NCBI GenBank assembly: GCA_050613775.1
Contig: JBODTK010000154.1
Coordinates: 1-64,000 of the forward strand
Source of the DNA: Neocallimastix sp. 'constans'
Lineage: Eukaryota
DNA length: 64,000 nucleotides
Reading direction: 5' to 3'
Part shown: piece after piece, positions 31,201 to 44,996 of the stretch
Position numbering within the stretch: the first letter of the stretch is position 1
How the letters are laid out: every line of letters begins with the position of its first letter
Position numbers and translations under genes: made by a program
The notes under the pieces: generated by a model
The model's database searches: none
What the model was told of the DNA's origin: nothing
Seen by the model: only the letters and a program-made list of their open reading frames with translations

Positions 31201-33545
31201 ATTATTTAAATTTTTATAAAATAAAAATTTTATAAGTTTAAAAAAAAAAAATTGAAAGAAAAATTTTTATGTATTTATACAAAAATTTTAAAATTATAAT
31301 AAGAAACTTTTTATTATTATTATTTTATTATTCTATTATATATATAAACAATTATATTAATGTTTTTTTTCTTTTTTTTCTTTTTTTTTTTTTTTTTTAA
31401 TATTAAAAAATAATTAAGATAAAAAGAGGAAAAAAAGAAAAAAGAAAATAGAAAAAAAAGAAAAAAAAAGCTTATTAATTAATGAAAACTTTATATTATA
31501 TAATATAAATAAAAATAAAAAATTCTATGAATACAAATGCATTTTTTTTTTTTAATTTTAATTTTTAAATATACTATTATTTTATCAATAATTAATTTCT
31601 TTAATACAAATGTAACTAATACAAAATTATTTAAAATATATTAATTTATATATATATATTTATTATTAATACTTATATATAATATTTATACTATATTATT
31701 AATATATACAATTAATATATATTCATACTAAATTATTAATATATAATAAATATATCTATACCAAATTGAATTGAATATTTATATTAAATTAAATCATCTA
31801 TTATTTACAATATTAAGGAGCTTTTTTTTTTTTTTTTTTTTTTTAATTTTTTAATTAATAAGTAGATTAATTTTTTAATTCTTAAATAATTTTATTACAA
31901 TATAAGGAAATTTCTATATTATATTTTAGAGATTAACTTAGTAATTTGATAAATGTATTCATATTAATAATTATATTATTTTTATGATAATTATCTTTAT
32001 GCTATTTATAATATTTTTTTTTGAAATTATTTTCAATTACTATTTAACACTTATATTATTATAATAAATTATGAGTATTTTTATTTAATATTTTGTAAAG
32101 TTTATAAAGATGTAAGAATTATATAAGAAAAAATTTTTAATATTTTATATCATGTTTCAACAATAAAAATTAGTCATTAATTATATACAAAATTTTAATT
32201 ATTTTTTTTTGTATATATCAATTATTTTATTAAAAATTAATATAAAATGATATGTATAAATCATTACTTTAATAATAAATCAATCCCCTTTAATATTTGA
32301 AATAATATAATAAAATTAAATTATTATTTATATATTTATATATTATGGGTTAATTATAATATTAGTTATTTTTAATAAAAAATATAATGAAAAAATTTTT
32401 TTTTATTCTTTCATTATATATTAATATTGTATATATTTTGTTTAAATTTTAATATTTAAATTAAATATTTTATAGACATTTTATTAAAATTTATAATTTT
32501 TTTTATTTTACTTTTTTTAATTCTTCATTTTATTTTTAATAAATTTTATATTTAATAAACTTTTTAATTTTATAATTTCTTTTTTAATTTATAATCATAA
32601 TTTATGGGTTGATAAATTGATTTTAATTTACTTTTAAATATATATAGAAATTAATACTTTTCTAAAAGAATTTAAATTCAAATAAATATATTAACATAAC
32701 AGTTTTAATTTATATTTAATTCTATTTTATATCATAATTTAATTTATATTAAATTTATATAGATTATATAAAACTATAATTTAATATTTAAATATATATG
32801 AAAATATTTATTTAAATTGAATATAAATACAATAGTTCTGTTTTAATAAATTAAAATATATTATTAACATAATTACTAAATTCTTAATATTAATAATATT
32901 TGCTGAAATCTTTTTAATATATAAAAAGATAATATAAAGTATTTATTATTAATCTATATATTTTTATAAATAAATTAATTTTTTTTTTAAGAAAAATATT
33001 TATCCTGTCACTCACCTAATTTTAGAAAAATATCTTTTAAAATCTTTCTTGAGGCTTAAAATTTTAATAAAAGTTTTGTATAAATTAATTTTTAATTTAA
33101 AATACTTTATTTAAAATTATATTAAAAATAAAATAATAAGATAAATTATTTATCTGTAAGAAAATACATATATATATATATGAAAAAAATTAAGATATAA
33201 TATTATATATTTAAAATAATATGGTTAAATATTTGACGATTTCTACTTTAAAAAAGAAACAAATAAAAAAAAAATATGATGAACTTTATACAAAAACAAA
33301 CAAATAAAAGAGTTTTTTATTTAGTTATGAAATGAATAATTAATAAAAATAAATAATAATTAATAATTAATAAATAATAATAAATAATAATAAATAATAA
33401 ATAATAAATAATAAATAATATATAATATTTAATAAATAATATATAATAAATGATAAATAAAATTTAAATATTTTTTTAGACCAGGAAATTATAAATACAT
33501 AAATAAATAAATAAATTTGTAACTTATAAAACTTGTAATTAAATT

Positions 33546-34305
33546 ATAATAATCATAAAAATGTGAAATGCTTTGTATTATTATATTTTATTAACTTACA
33601 ATAAATATCATGAAATTAAACGTATAATTTAAATATAAAAATTTTCACTTCGTAAATTGTATTTTATTAAATATAGTTTAACATTGTATTTTTTAACAAT
33701 ATTTATGTAATATATTCAATAGTAATATGAATTAATAATATAAACCTGTTTTAATCTTAAATTTTATAAAAATGAATTTATTGTAAAACATTTTATAATA
33801 TTTTAAAACTTGCAAAAAAATCATAATAATCATAAAAATGTGAAATGTTTTGTATTATTATATTTTATTAACTTTTTGTAAATATTATAAATATCTTATT
33901 AAATATAGTTTATCATTGTATTTTTTAACAATATTTATGTAATATATTCAAAATATTCACGTGAGTTAATAATATAAACCTTTTTAATATTAAATTTCAT
34001 AAAAATGAATATATTGTGAAACTTTTTATAATATTTTAAAACTTGGAAAAAAAATCATAATAATTATAAAAATGTAAAATGTTTTTTATTATTATATTTT
34101 ATTAACTTTTAATAAATATTATAAAGTTAAATGTAAAATATAAATATAAAAAATTTTCACTTTAAAATGTCTTTTATTAAATATAAATTAACATTGTATT
34201 TTTTAATAATATTTATATAATATATTCAAATATTCACGTGAGTTAATAATATAAACCTGTTTTAATCTTAAATTTTATAAAAATGAATATATCGTGAAAC
34301 ATTTT
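33546..34305. repeat. Three diverged tandem copies of a ~235-277 bp unit
   Basis: ATAATAAT(C/T)ATAAAAATGT(G/A)AAATG restarts at 33546, 33823 and 34057. Copy 2 has an internal deletion. Confidence 0.85.
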
Positions 34306-35127
34306 CAAATTATAATAAATAAACTTTGGTATTTTACCCTTTTCGGAGATTTTATTTATTAAATTATATTTTTAACTTCATGAAACAATTATTAAATTTA
34401 ATGTATTTATATTATATATTATATGTTATTTCTAACTAAAAAAAATATATATATATAGTAATATTTTTATTATTATTTAATATATATACATTTTTTTTTT
34501 TAGAAATATATTTAAAGTAAATTTACAAATAAATTTGTAAATCAAATATTTAATAATATTAAAACATATATCATATGTAAATATTATATATATAGCACCG
34601 ACGCCGTACTGGTATGGCAATTAATCATACACCCATATTAACATATGGGGGAGATAAAAGTCTTCAGTCTATAAAAAAAAAATTATATATATATATTTTT
34701 GAAATATTAATAATATAAATTTTAATTATTTTATTATTTTGTATTTTTTAATCAAATAAAATTTTTTATGGTTTAATATTTTATATTATAATACATAATA
34801 TAGTCAATTTTAAAATAACTAATGATAAAGAAAAAGATTGATTTATATATAAAAGTCAATTATTTTTATTTTATTTTTATTTTTTTAATAAATAATATAA
34901 TATTATTACTTCGTAATTAAATGGAATTATTTTTTATAATTAATTAGATATTAAATATAAAAAAAAATTTTTTTTATTAATTCATAAATATATTTTTAAG
35001 TCTATATTCTAAATTACAATAATATATAATAATTTATTGATTTCAAGCACATTTATATTTTCTAATTATGTAATTACAAAAGTTTTAGTTATTTTTATTA
35101 TATTAAAGTTTAATATAACTAATTTTA

Positions 35128-35280
35128 ATAAAATTTAAATGGTTATTATAATAATAGTAATTAAGATAAAAATTAATAAAAATTAAATGGTTATTTATAA
35201 TAATAGTAATAAAGATAAAATTAATAAAATTTAAATGATTATTTATAATAATAGTAATTAAGATAAAAATTAATAATTAA
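35128..35280. repeat. ~47-bp minisatellite, three copies
   Basis: AATAAAATTTAAATGGTTATT(T)ATAATAATAGTAATTAAGATAAAAATT repeated. Confidence 0.8.
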
Positions 35281-36272
35281 AATTATGTAGATTTAATAAT
35301 GTTAATACCATAAGAAACCAAGAAATAAAGTTGGATAATCATGTATCTTTTAGAATGTAAAATAAAAATAATTAATCATAATATTCTAAATCAATTGAAT
35401 TAAAATTTTAAAGTAAAAATAATTGATAATAATATTTTATATAATTTATTTTTATATCCATTTGAATTAAAATTTTAAAGTAAAAAGAAAAAAAATGAAT
35501 AAACTATTTTTTTTTTTTAATAGATAATAATTATTATATAAATGTAATTATTTAATAATAATATTTTATTTTTATAACTTTTGAATTGAAATTTTAACAT
35601 AAAAAGAAAAATAATTAATTTTACCATTTTTTTTCTTAATATATAATTATTTATATTTAGATATTTATTTATTTAATTTGAATGATTAAAAAAATGAGAT
35701 ATTTTTCAAATAAAAACATATCATAAAATATGAAATTTTATCTAAATTTAAACATAAAATATATTCTGCATATATAAATACTCTAATCTCTCCTTTCTAT
35801 AAATTTAATTAATACTGATTTATGTTATATTTCTTTATTCACTTATTAAATTGTAATTTTTATTTTTAGAAAAAAAATTACTAAATAAAAAATAGCAAAA
35901 TATATGAAAATTATATATATATTAAAAATACACAAATATAAAAAATAAAGAGTACAAGTTAATTTTTTATTCGTTAATCATTTTTATTTTATTTAAAAAT
36001 TTTAAAGGGAACAATCAAATATTTTATTATATTTTATTTTAATTTCTCTTCTTTTTATTATTTTTATTTTTATTTTTTTACAAAGTTTCTTTAATTTTTT
36101 ATTTTCTTTATTATAATTTTTTTCTAATTAATTATTTAATCCTTTTCATTTAATTTGTTTATTCTTTTTTTACTTTTTTTTTTTTTATTTTCAATATTTT
36201 TAGTTTTTATAATTGAAATAATAATTATATATAAAATACTTTTTATTTGAAATTGTGCAATTGTTAAACTGT

Positions 36273-37408
36273 TTAGAATGGTCCTTGTTCGAAGTACTTT
36301 TTTGGAACCATTAACCTCCTTCTAGAGCTGGCTTCATAGCCGTTTCGTGACTTTAGTAGCCATCGTAACGAACAGCAGAAGTATCAGAGGTACCATCAGA
36401 TTCACTAAGAGGCTTAATACAGTAGAAAGTATCAGAGATAATAATCTTGGCATAAACTTTATCAGCCTTTTTGCGATTATCATCCCAACCTAACCAGAAA
36501 GCGTGACCAATATCAAGGTACATAGCAACATGTAGAAGAATGCCGAACTTTTGAATTAAGTATGCATGACCATCAAGATAGTATTTTTCAGAGTCGCGGC
36601 AAGCAGCAATAGAATCAAGGTTAGTAACTAAGTTAGCAAGTGAATCTGGTTCAATGATATGGTGGAGATTTGTCGTAGGTTAACTTTTCTTCAATGATAA
36701 CAATGTATTCAGACTTGTAACGAGCTAAGTCTCCATCATTGGTAAGAAGTTCGCTAAAGAGCATGACAATCACGACCTGATAAATCGTAAACAACGAAGA
36801 CAGTTAAAGCAGTAGATTGTTGTTGAGCAAGAGCACCTTTTAGGTTAGTTACTAACTAACTTTTCAAGTTCTTAATGGTATCTAACCAAATAGATTTAAA
36901 GTAAGTCCTTTTCAGCCTTGGCAATGAGAGAAGGGTCAAACATTTGAGAAATGGCATTATCAACTTTTTCAATATAGTATGGATTAAGGTAGAATTCATG
37001 ATCAGTGAATAGGTTTTTACCATTGTGAGATTATTGTTCTTCAGGGATTGGATTTTCTCCATTTCTTGGATTTGGTTTTGGGCCTGAATTTGAATTATTA
37101 CTATTAATACTACACCAGTTAGCATTTTCAATACACCATTTACCATCATTATCAGTGTATTCAACTTTAGTATTTGAGGAAGAACATCATGGAAAACCTA
37201 AACTTTCAGACCAGCAAGAAGCTGATTCATCAGCTGGAATACCGCATCTATCATTGTTTTCAACACCAAATTTACCATCACCATCAATGTTCCAATCCTC
37301 GGCACTAGATGAAGAATAGCATGGATAAATATGTTTTTGACACCAGCAAGCGGAAGAGGTTTTATCAATGAGAGTGACAACAGAAGTTAAAGCAATAGTA
37401 GACTTCAT
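36273..37408 (-). pseudogene. cel6: Decayed dockerin-dockerin-GH6 paralog
   Basis: Colinear with the intact copies from MKSTIALTSVV to ...YFEQGPF*, with frameshifts, stops and internal deletions, including a large one joining KVYAKIIIS to DTFYCIKP at ~36434. Confidence 0.93.
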
Positions 37409-37505
37409 TTTTTAATTTAATTTAATTTTTTTTTTAACCAAAATGTGTCTTTTACAAAATTAAATAAAATTATTTAACTTCTTTGATTAGTTTACTATTA
37501 TACTG

Positions 37506-37521
37506 TTTTCTTCCAGAGAAA
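37506..37521 (-). promoter_or_regulatory. Candidate cis-element upstream of the GH6 pseudogene
   Basis: TTTCTCTGGAAGAAAA on the minus strand, 98-113 bp upstream of the ATG. Confidence 0.4.
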
Positions 37522-37884
37522 ATTATTCATTTTTTATATTATATAAAGTTTATAATGTTTAATAAAAAAATTAGAATTATAGGAAACCTTTAATGTATTA
37601 ATAAAAAACTTAATATTTAAACTAAAAATTTAGTTGTTATAACAATAATAATTTTTATTATTATTTCTGTATCAATATTAAATTAAAATTTATATATTGT
37701 TTATATTATTAAATGTTTCACTGAAACAAAATATATAGACATATGGTATATTTGGTTTTTTAACATTAAAATATAATTAAAAAAAAAAAAAAAAAAAAAA
37801 AAAAGAAAAGGAAAAAAAAGCTCATTAATTAATAAAATGCAATTTTAATATTTATATTAAAATAAAAAGTAAAAATAAAAAATA

Positions 37885-38035
37885 ATTAAAAGAACTTATT
37901 AAAATCGATACTTTAATTAAAAATTACAGAAATATGGAAAAAGAGTTAATTTACAATGGTCGTAATAGAAATAATATTGTTGAATTATGGCATAATTGTA
38001 TAATTAATTTAAATAATAAAAATACTAAGTTTTAA
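37885..38035 (+). mobile_element. Second fragment of the MULE-like transposase C-terminus
   Basis: IDTLIKNYRNMEKELIYNGRNRNNIVELWHNCIINLNNKNTKF* aligns with the tail of 19011-19824 (TNVLIEKYKIIESKLINNGTPR.DIVELLFKYLINSNNK). Confidence 0.55.
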
Positions 38036-38291
38036 TAAATTAGTATTTTTCTAACTTTTTTTAAATTAAAATTATATATTTATACCAATCCTAATAGAAG
38101 ACATTTTTCAGTCATTCTTTATTGACTAAATTATAACTAAAATCATTCCATTTAACAATGATTCAAATTATGTTAATATCAATATTAATGAAAGCTATTA
38201 AAAAATATTATATCGTATAAAAATTTTTATTTTTTATTTTAATAAAATTCTAGTTGTTATTAATACGTTTTTTAATAAAATAAAACAGAAA

Positions 38292-38566
<275 letters not shown>

Positions 38567-40035
38567 GCTTTCAAACATAATCTTACTTACTTATTATATT
38601 TACTTATTTAGTATATAGTCTGTATTTTAAAATATATAAACAATTTTTTAAGATAATATTATATTAATATTTTTATATATAAATGATAAATATTAAGTCT
38701 ATTATAATTTTAAAACTCATTTTTCATTGATTCCTACTGATTTAAATGATATAAAAGGATAAATATACACATATATCTCCATCTTTAAATTATAATTAAT
38801 ATTAATAAATAATAATGCTATAAAAAGTTTATATGTTAATTATAATAAAAAGTTATATCAAAATAGATCTATATTTATTAAAATTATTATTATTATTATT
38901 ATATTTAAGTATTTTAATAAATAAAGTTATTATTATTATCATTATTATTATTTTCATGAAGTATTAAATATACCATAGAAATACGTATAAAAAATAGAAT
39001 CAAATTTATAATTTTAATAATAAATTTATTGATAATATTAAGAATAAATTTTATAATAAAGATAAAATTCTATGAAATAAATATTTATTTCATAGAATAG
39101 TGAAACATTTTTAAATTATAATAAATAAACTTTGAATTGTTCTTTTTTTTCGGAGATTTTACTTACCTATTGTTATTAATACAAATATTAATACTATTAT
39201 TTAATAATGTTTAAGTTATTAAATCATTTACTATTATAAATATTTTCATTATTATATTGTTATAGTAAATAAACTTTTTATTCCTTGTACATTATTTTTT
39301 TTTTTTTTTAATTATTATTATTATTTTATTTTGTAATTATATATATTTTTACCAAATAATTTATTATATAATTATTAATATCTAACTGTTATATATTATA
39401 ACTACTCTATTGAATAATTATTTAATACCATATTGTGTTTCAGTATTTTATTTTATTAGTAATTTTTATTATAGATTTTTTTTTTTTTTTTTTTTAATAA
39501 ACATTTTTGTAATAAATATAATTATATTAATTTTTAAATAATATGAAAGTTTGGATTAAATAATTATTCAGGTAATTTATTTTAAAAGTCAATTTAAATT
39601 ACTATAAAAGAATTGTAGAAATTAGAAATATGAATTCCAGATCTAAAAATTATTTAAACTTTCATTATTTTATAGCTTATGATGAATAATGATGTAATAA
39701 GCTGAATTTTATTAAAAGATAAGATTTATTATTAAATAATAACAGACTTATTATTCAATAACTTAAAAATTTTAAACAATTTAAGCAATTTATTATTAAA
39801 TATAGAAATAAAAGAAAAAAAAAAATAATAATTAAGAAATGAAAAATAATGATTTTTCATTTACAAATATTTATATTACTTTGTTTTTATTTATTAAATT
39901 ATTAAATATTGTATAAATATAAATACTAAGTAATATAAATATTTATACAATATTTAATAATTATAATAAATAAAAACAAATTATAAATTAGTTGAAAATT
40001 CTTTTTAAATTTTTAGATTAATATACCCATATATA

Positions 40036-40417
40036 TTTAAAGTCGCAATTATTTCTAACTTTAAACTTTATTTATTTATTTATTCATTTATTAATTACAT
40101 GAATATTTTTTTTTTTATAAAAAAACACAGAATTAATAAAAAAAAAATAAATACTAATTGTCTAATTAGAACATAATAATATTTTTAATAGTAATATGAA
40201 ATAAAAAGTTATATTTACAATAAAGTGTATAAATAAATTCAGAAAAAAATTCATATGCAACGAACCTCACCTCCAGATTATAAGATTTCTGTTTAAAAAG
40301 GAATTCTTAATCCGTATTAGGGTTTGAATTAACTATCTGAAAGAAATTATGGTCTTCTTCTCTCAGAGGCATTGGCCCTGCTAGTCTATCTTACTGCATT
40401 TCCAGGGTTGAAACTCC
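40036..40417 (-). repeat. Dispersed repeat, copy B
   Basis: Shares its core with 28633-28860, and a longer extent (to GGCATTGGCC...CTTACTGCATTTCCAG) with the reverse complement of 50587-51037. Confidence 0.85.
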
Positions 40418-40462
40418 AATATATATATATTAAAGTTAATTTTAATATTTGAAATAAATAAT

Positions 40463-40502
<40 letters not shown>

Positions 40503-40776
40503 TTTTTCATTATAAATAAATAATATAATATCATAATAAAAATTTTTTGAAAATTAGGTTTATATAATAATTATGTACATAAATAATTTAAATAATATAT
40601 TAAAAATTGTTAATATACATTTTATAATTACATATATTTTAAATGTAATAAAAATTTTTAATTTTATGGATATAAAATATAATATATGAATATATATTAT
40701 ATAATTCCAAAATTTTTATGATATTTATTTTAAAGTAAATTTCATAAAATATATTATCAATTTAAATAAATATTAA

Positions 40777-41152
40777 ATGGGCGTTAAAAGAAAAGCAATA
40801 GAAATAGAGGTTCCAAATGAAAATCAAACAGATATATTAAAAATAACACCATTAGGTGCAGGAAATGAAGTTGGTAGATCTTGTATTCTTTTAGAATATA
40901 AAGGAAAAACAATTATGGTAATGTTTGTAAATCCATGGAATTAAATTTTTGTTCAAAATGAGATTCATTTTTTCATAAAAAATGTAGAATAAATTAATCT
41001 TTTTTATTTTATGAAATTTTTAAAATAAAAATTTTATATATTGATAATACTATATTAATTTGAAATTATTAATTAAAAATGTAATTATTTATTAATATGA
41101 AATCAGATTTTAAAATCCGAAATAAAATTTTATTATATAATTAATTTTTATC

Positions 41153-41191
<39 letters not shown>

Positions 41192-42137
41192 TATATGAAT
41201 ATAGCTTGATTGTGGTATTCATCCAGCATATACTGGTCTGTCATCCCTTCCATTTTTTGATGAAATTGATCCCTCAGAAATAGATATAGTTTTAATTACC
41301 CAGTAAAATTTAATTTTATTTTTATAAAAGAAATTATAAAATTTTTTTATTTAATCTGAATTTTATATTTTTGAAATTATTATTTAATTTTATTATTTTA
41401 TTTTATTTTTTTTTTCTTTTTTTTTTTTTAAATTTGTTCATATTATTAATTTAATATTTTTATTTTAAAAGTTTTCACTTGGATCATGCTGCGTCCTTAC
41501 CTTATTTTTTAGAAAAGGTATTTATAATATAATTTTTATTTAATAATATTAAATTTTAAATTTATATAATGACTTGTATGTACAATATACAAATATATGT
41601 AGACAACATTTAAAGGTAGAGTATTTATGACGCACCCTACAAAAGCTATTTATAAGTGGTTAATATCAGATTATATGAGAGTTAGGTATATATTAAAGAA
41701 ATATATATAATTTTAATAAATAATTTATCATTTCATTTTTATTAATGATATTCATAAATAGTAATGTGGTTGTGGATGATATTTTATATGATGAAAAAGA
41801 TATTGCAAATAGTTGTGAGAAAATTGAAACTATTGATTATCACCAGGAAGTAGAAATTGAAGGTGTAAAATTTACTGGATATAATGCAGGGCATGTATTG
41901 GGTGCTGCAATGTTTTTAATTGAAATTGCTGGTATTAAACTATTATATACAGGTGATTATTCACGAGAAGAAGATAGACATTTAATGGCTGCAGAAAAAC
42001 CAACTAATGTGTATACAGATATTATGATTTGTGAATCAACTTATGGTGTCCAAAGTTTAGAACCAAGACTTGAAAGAGAAGCTCGTTTTACAAGTAACTA
42101 TAAATATTTTTATATTACTAGTTAATGAAATTAAATA

Positions 42138-42175
<38 letters not shown>

Positions 42176-43178
42176 AAAAAAAATAAATAAATCATTACAT
42201 TTCAAAATTAAAAAATCTTTTAATTGATATTTTATTTTATATTTCTAATAATTATACAATTTTTAATAATCATATAATTTTAATTTATTAATATAATAAA
42301 TACTTTTTAATTTTATTTTATTTAATTTTTTCAATGCATTATTATTACTATTATTATTTTTAAGAAATTATTAAAGAAATAGTTCAAAGAGGAGGACGTT
42401 GTCTTATTCCAGTATTTGCTTTAGGTCGTGCCCAGGAAATTTTATTAATTTTAGATGAATTTTGGCAAGAAAATTTAGATTTACATAGTATACCAATTTA
42501 TTATGCTTCATCATTAGCTAAAAAGTGTATGGCTATTTATCAAACATATATTAATATGATGAATGCTAAGATACGAAAGCAATATAAAGTATCCAATCCA
42601 TTTGTATTTAAACATATTTCTTATTTAAAGAACATGGAACATTTTGATGATGTAGGTCCATGTGTTATGATGGCAAGTCCTGGTATGTTACAGGTAAATA
42701 TATATATATATAGTTATAAATTTATTTTAAATATTAATATTTTCGTAATTGTATATTATTAATATTATTACTATTAAAAGAATGGTTTATCAAGAGAATT
42801 ATTAGAAAGATGGTGTATTGATAAAAGAAATGGTCTTGTTATTCCTGGTTATGTAGTTGAAGGAACTATGGGAAAAGTTAATCATTAAAATAATATTTAT
42901 TAATTTATTATTTACATATATATAAAAATTTTTTATAGATAATATTTACATATATATATAATTTTTTTTTATTTTATTTTATTTTTAATTATTAACTAGA
43001 CTATTTTAAGTGAACCAGATGAAATTGTTTCTGTTACTGGTGCAAAGTTACCTAGAAAGTTATCAGTTCATTATATATCTTTTTCAGCACATGTCGATTA
43101 TACCCAGAATAGTCGTTTTATTGATTTAATCAATCCATCTCATTTAGTATGTTTAAATATTTTATATTTATATATATA

Positions 43179-43216
<38 letters not shown>

Positions 43217-43759
43217 CTTAATTAAAAACAAAAATTAAATTTATATTGAATTATTGATATTTATTGATTTTTATTGATTTCAATATATGTTCTATTGATG
43301 AATTTTTAATTAATATTGTTATTTAAGATTCTTGTACATGGTGATGCTAATGAAATGGGTAGATTGAGAAGTGCTTTACAAAGTAAATATGCCGAAAAGG
43401 AACATCCAATGCAAATTTACACTCCAAAGAATTGTGAAACAATTGAATTATATTTTAAAGGTAAAAAACAAGCTAAAGTTATTGGTGAAATGGCTAAAGT
43501 AGAACCAAAACATAATGATAGATTATCTGGTGTATTAGTATCTAAAGATTTTCATTATCATATAATGGATGCAAAAGAACTTTCGGAATTTACTGACGTT
43601 AATACAACTGAAATTATTCAAAAACAAAAATTAAGTTTCCATGGTACTTTTTCATTAGTTATTTTCCATTTAGAACAAATGTTTGGTGAAATTAAAATTA
43701 TAGATAACGATACTATATTGGTGAATATTTTTTACTAATTTATTTCAACATTAACATTA

Positions 43760-43850
<91 letters not shown>

Positions 43851-44956
43851 TTTTTTTTTAACAATAAATTTTTTTTTATGTTACTTTATTAAAGGTTTTT
43901 AATACGGTTACAGTAAAATCTATTGGAAAATCCCAATTACAGATAGAATGGAAAAGTGATAATACAGGTGATATGATTGCTGATTCTGTATTAGCAGTTT
44001 TATTACAAATTGAAGGAAGCCCAGCATCTGTTAGAAGTATATATATATATATATTGATTTTATTTATTTATAATAATTATAATATATTTCATTAAAAAAA
44101 CAACAAAAACATAAAGAATAATATTAATGATATATATATATATATTTGATATTAATAAAAAGTGACTGAATCTATATGTTTACAAAAAAAGAAAAAGATT
44201 GATGAAGAAAAAGAAGTTGAAAAGAAAGACAAACTTGTATCAGTTGATGGTATAAAAGAAGAAAGTGAAAAAGATAATATTAAAAAGGAAGAGGGTGATT
44301 TTAAAGTATCAATAAAAAAAGAAATTGATGATAAATTAGATAGCAAAATTAATGATGACAAGATATTTACTAATAATGTTAAAACTGAAGTAGTCGATCC
44401 AATGGAAGTTGATGAATCTTTAGATGATAAATTATCAAAAGAAAATAAGGATGAATTATCAAAGAATAAAGATAATAGTAAAGATGAAATATTAAGTGAA
44501 CAGGCTAAAAAAGTAATGTTCCATAATATTATGGATAATAGTCATATACCATTGGAAGAAGATATGGAATTTGAATTATATATGTATAAATTCTTATGTA
44601 TGCAATTTGGTATTGAAAATGTTGATTCTGAAAATATGCCATTACCAATTATGCTTGACTATTTTGGTAGTAGTGATGGTGTAACCTACAATAATTATGA
44701 TAGAGAAACAAGTAAACTTTCAATAAAAGTTGATAACGACGCAAAAAATAAGAAAGACAATAATTCTATATCAGATACCACAAAATCTAATAATAATGGT
44801 AAAAAATTATGGAAAGTTCATATAGATAATCATTGCTGTACTATTGATAGAAAAACTCTTGTAAGTTAAATTGATAATATATATATATTATTGTTTATTA
44901 TATAATTATAATAATTATATATATAATTAATTAATAATTATTTTTTTTTTTATTTT

Positions 44957-44996
<40 letters not shown>

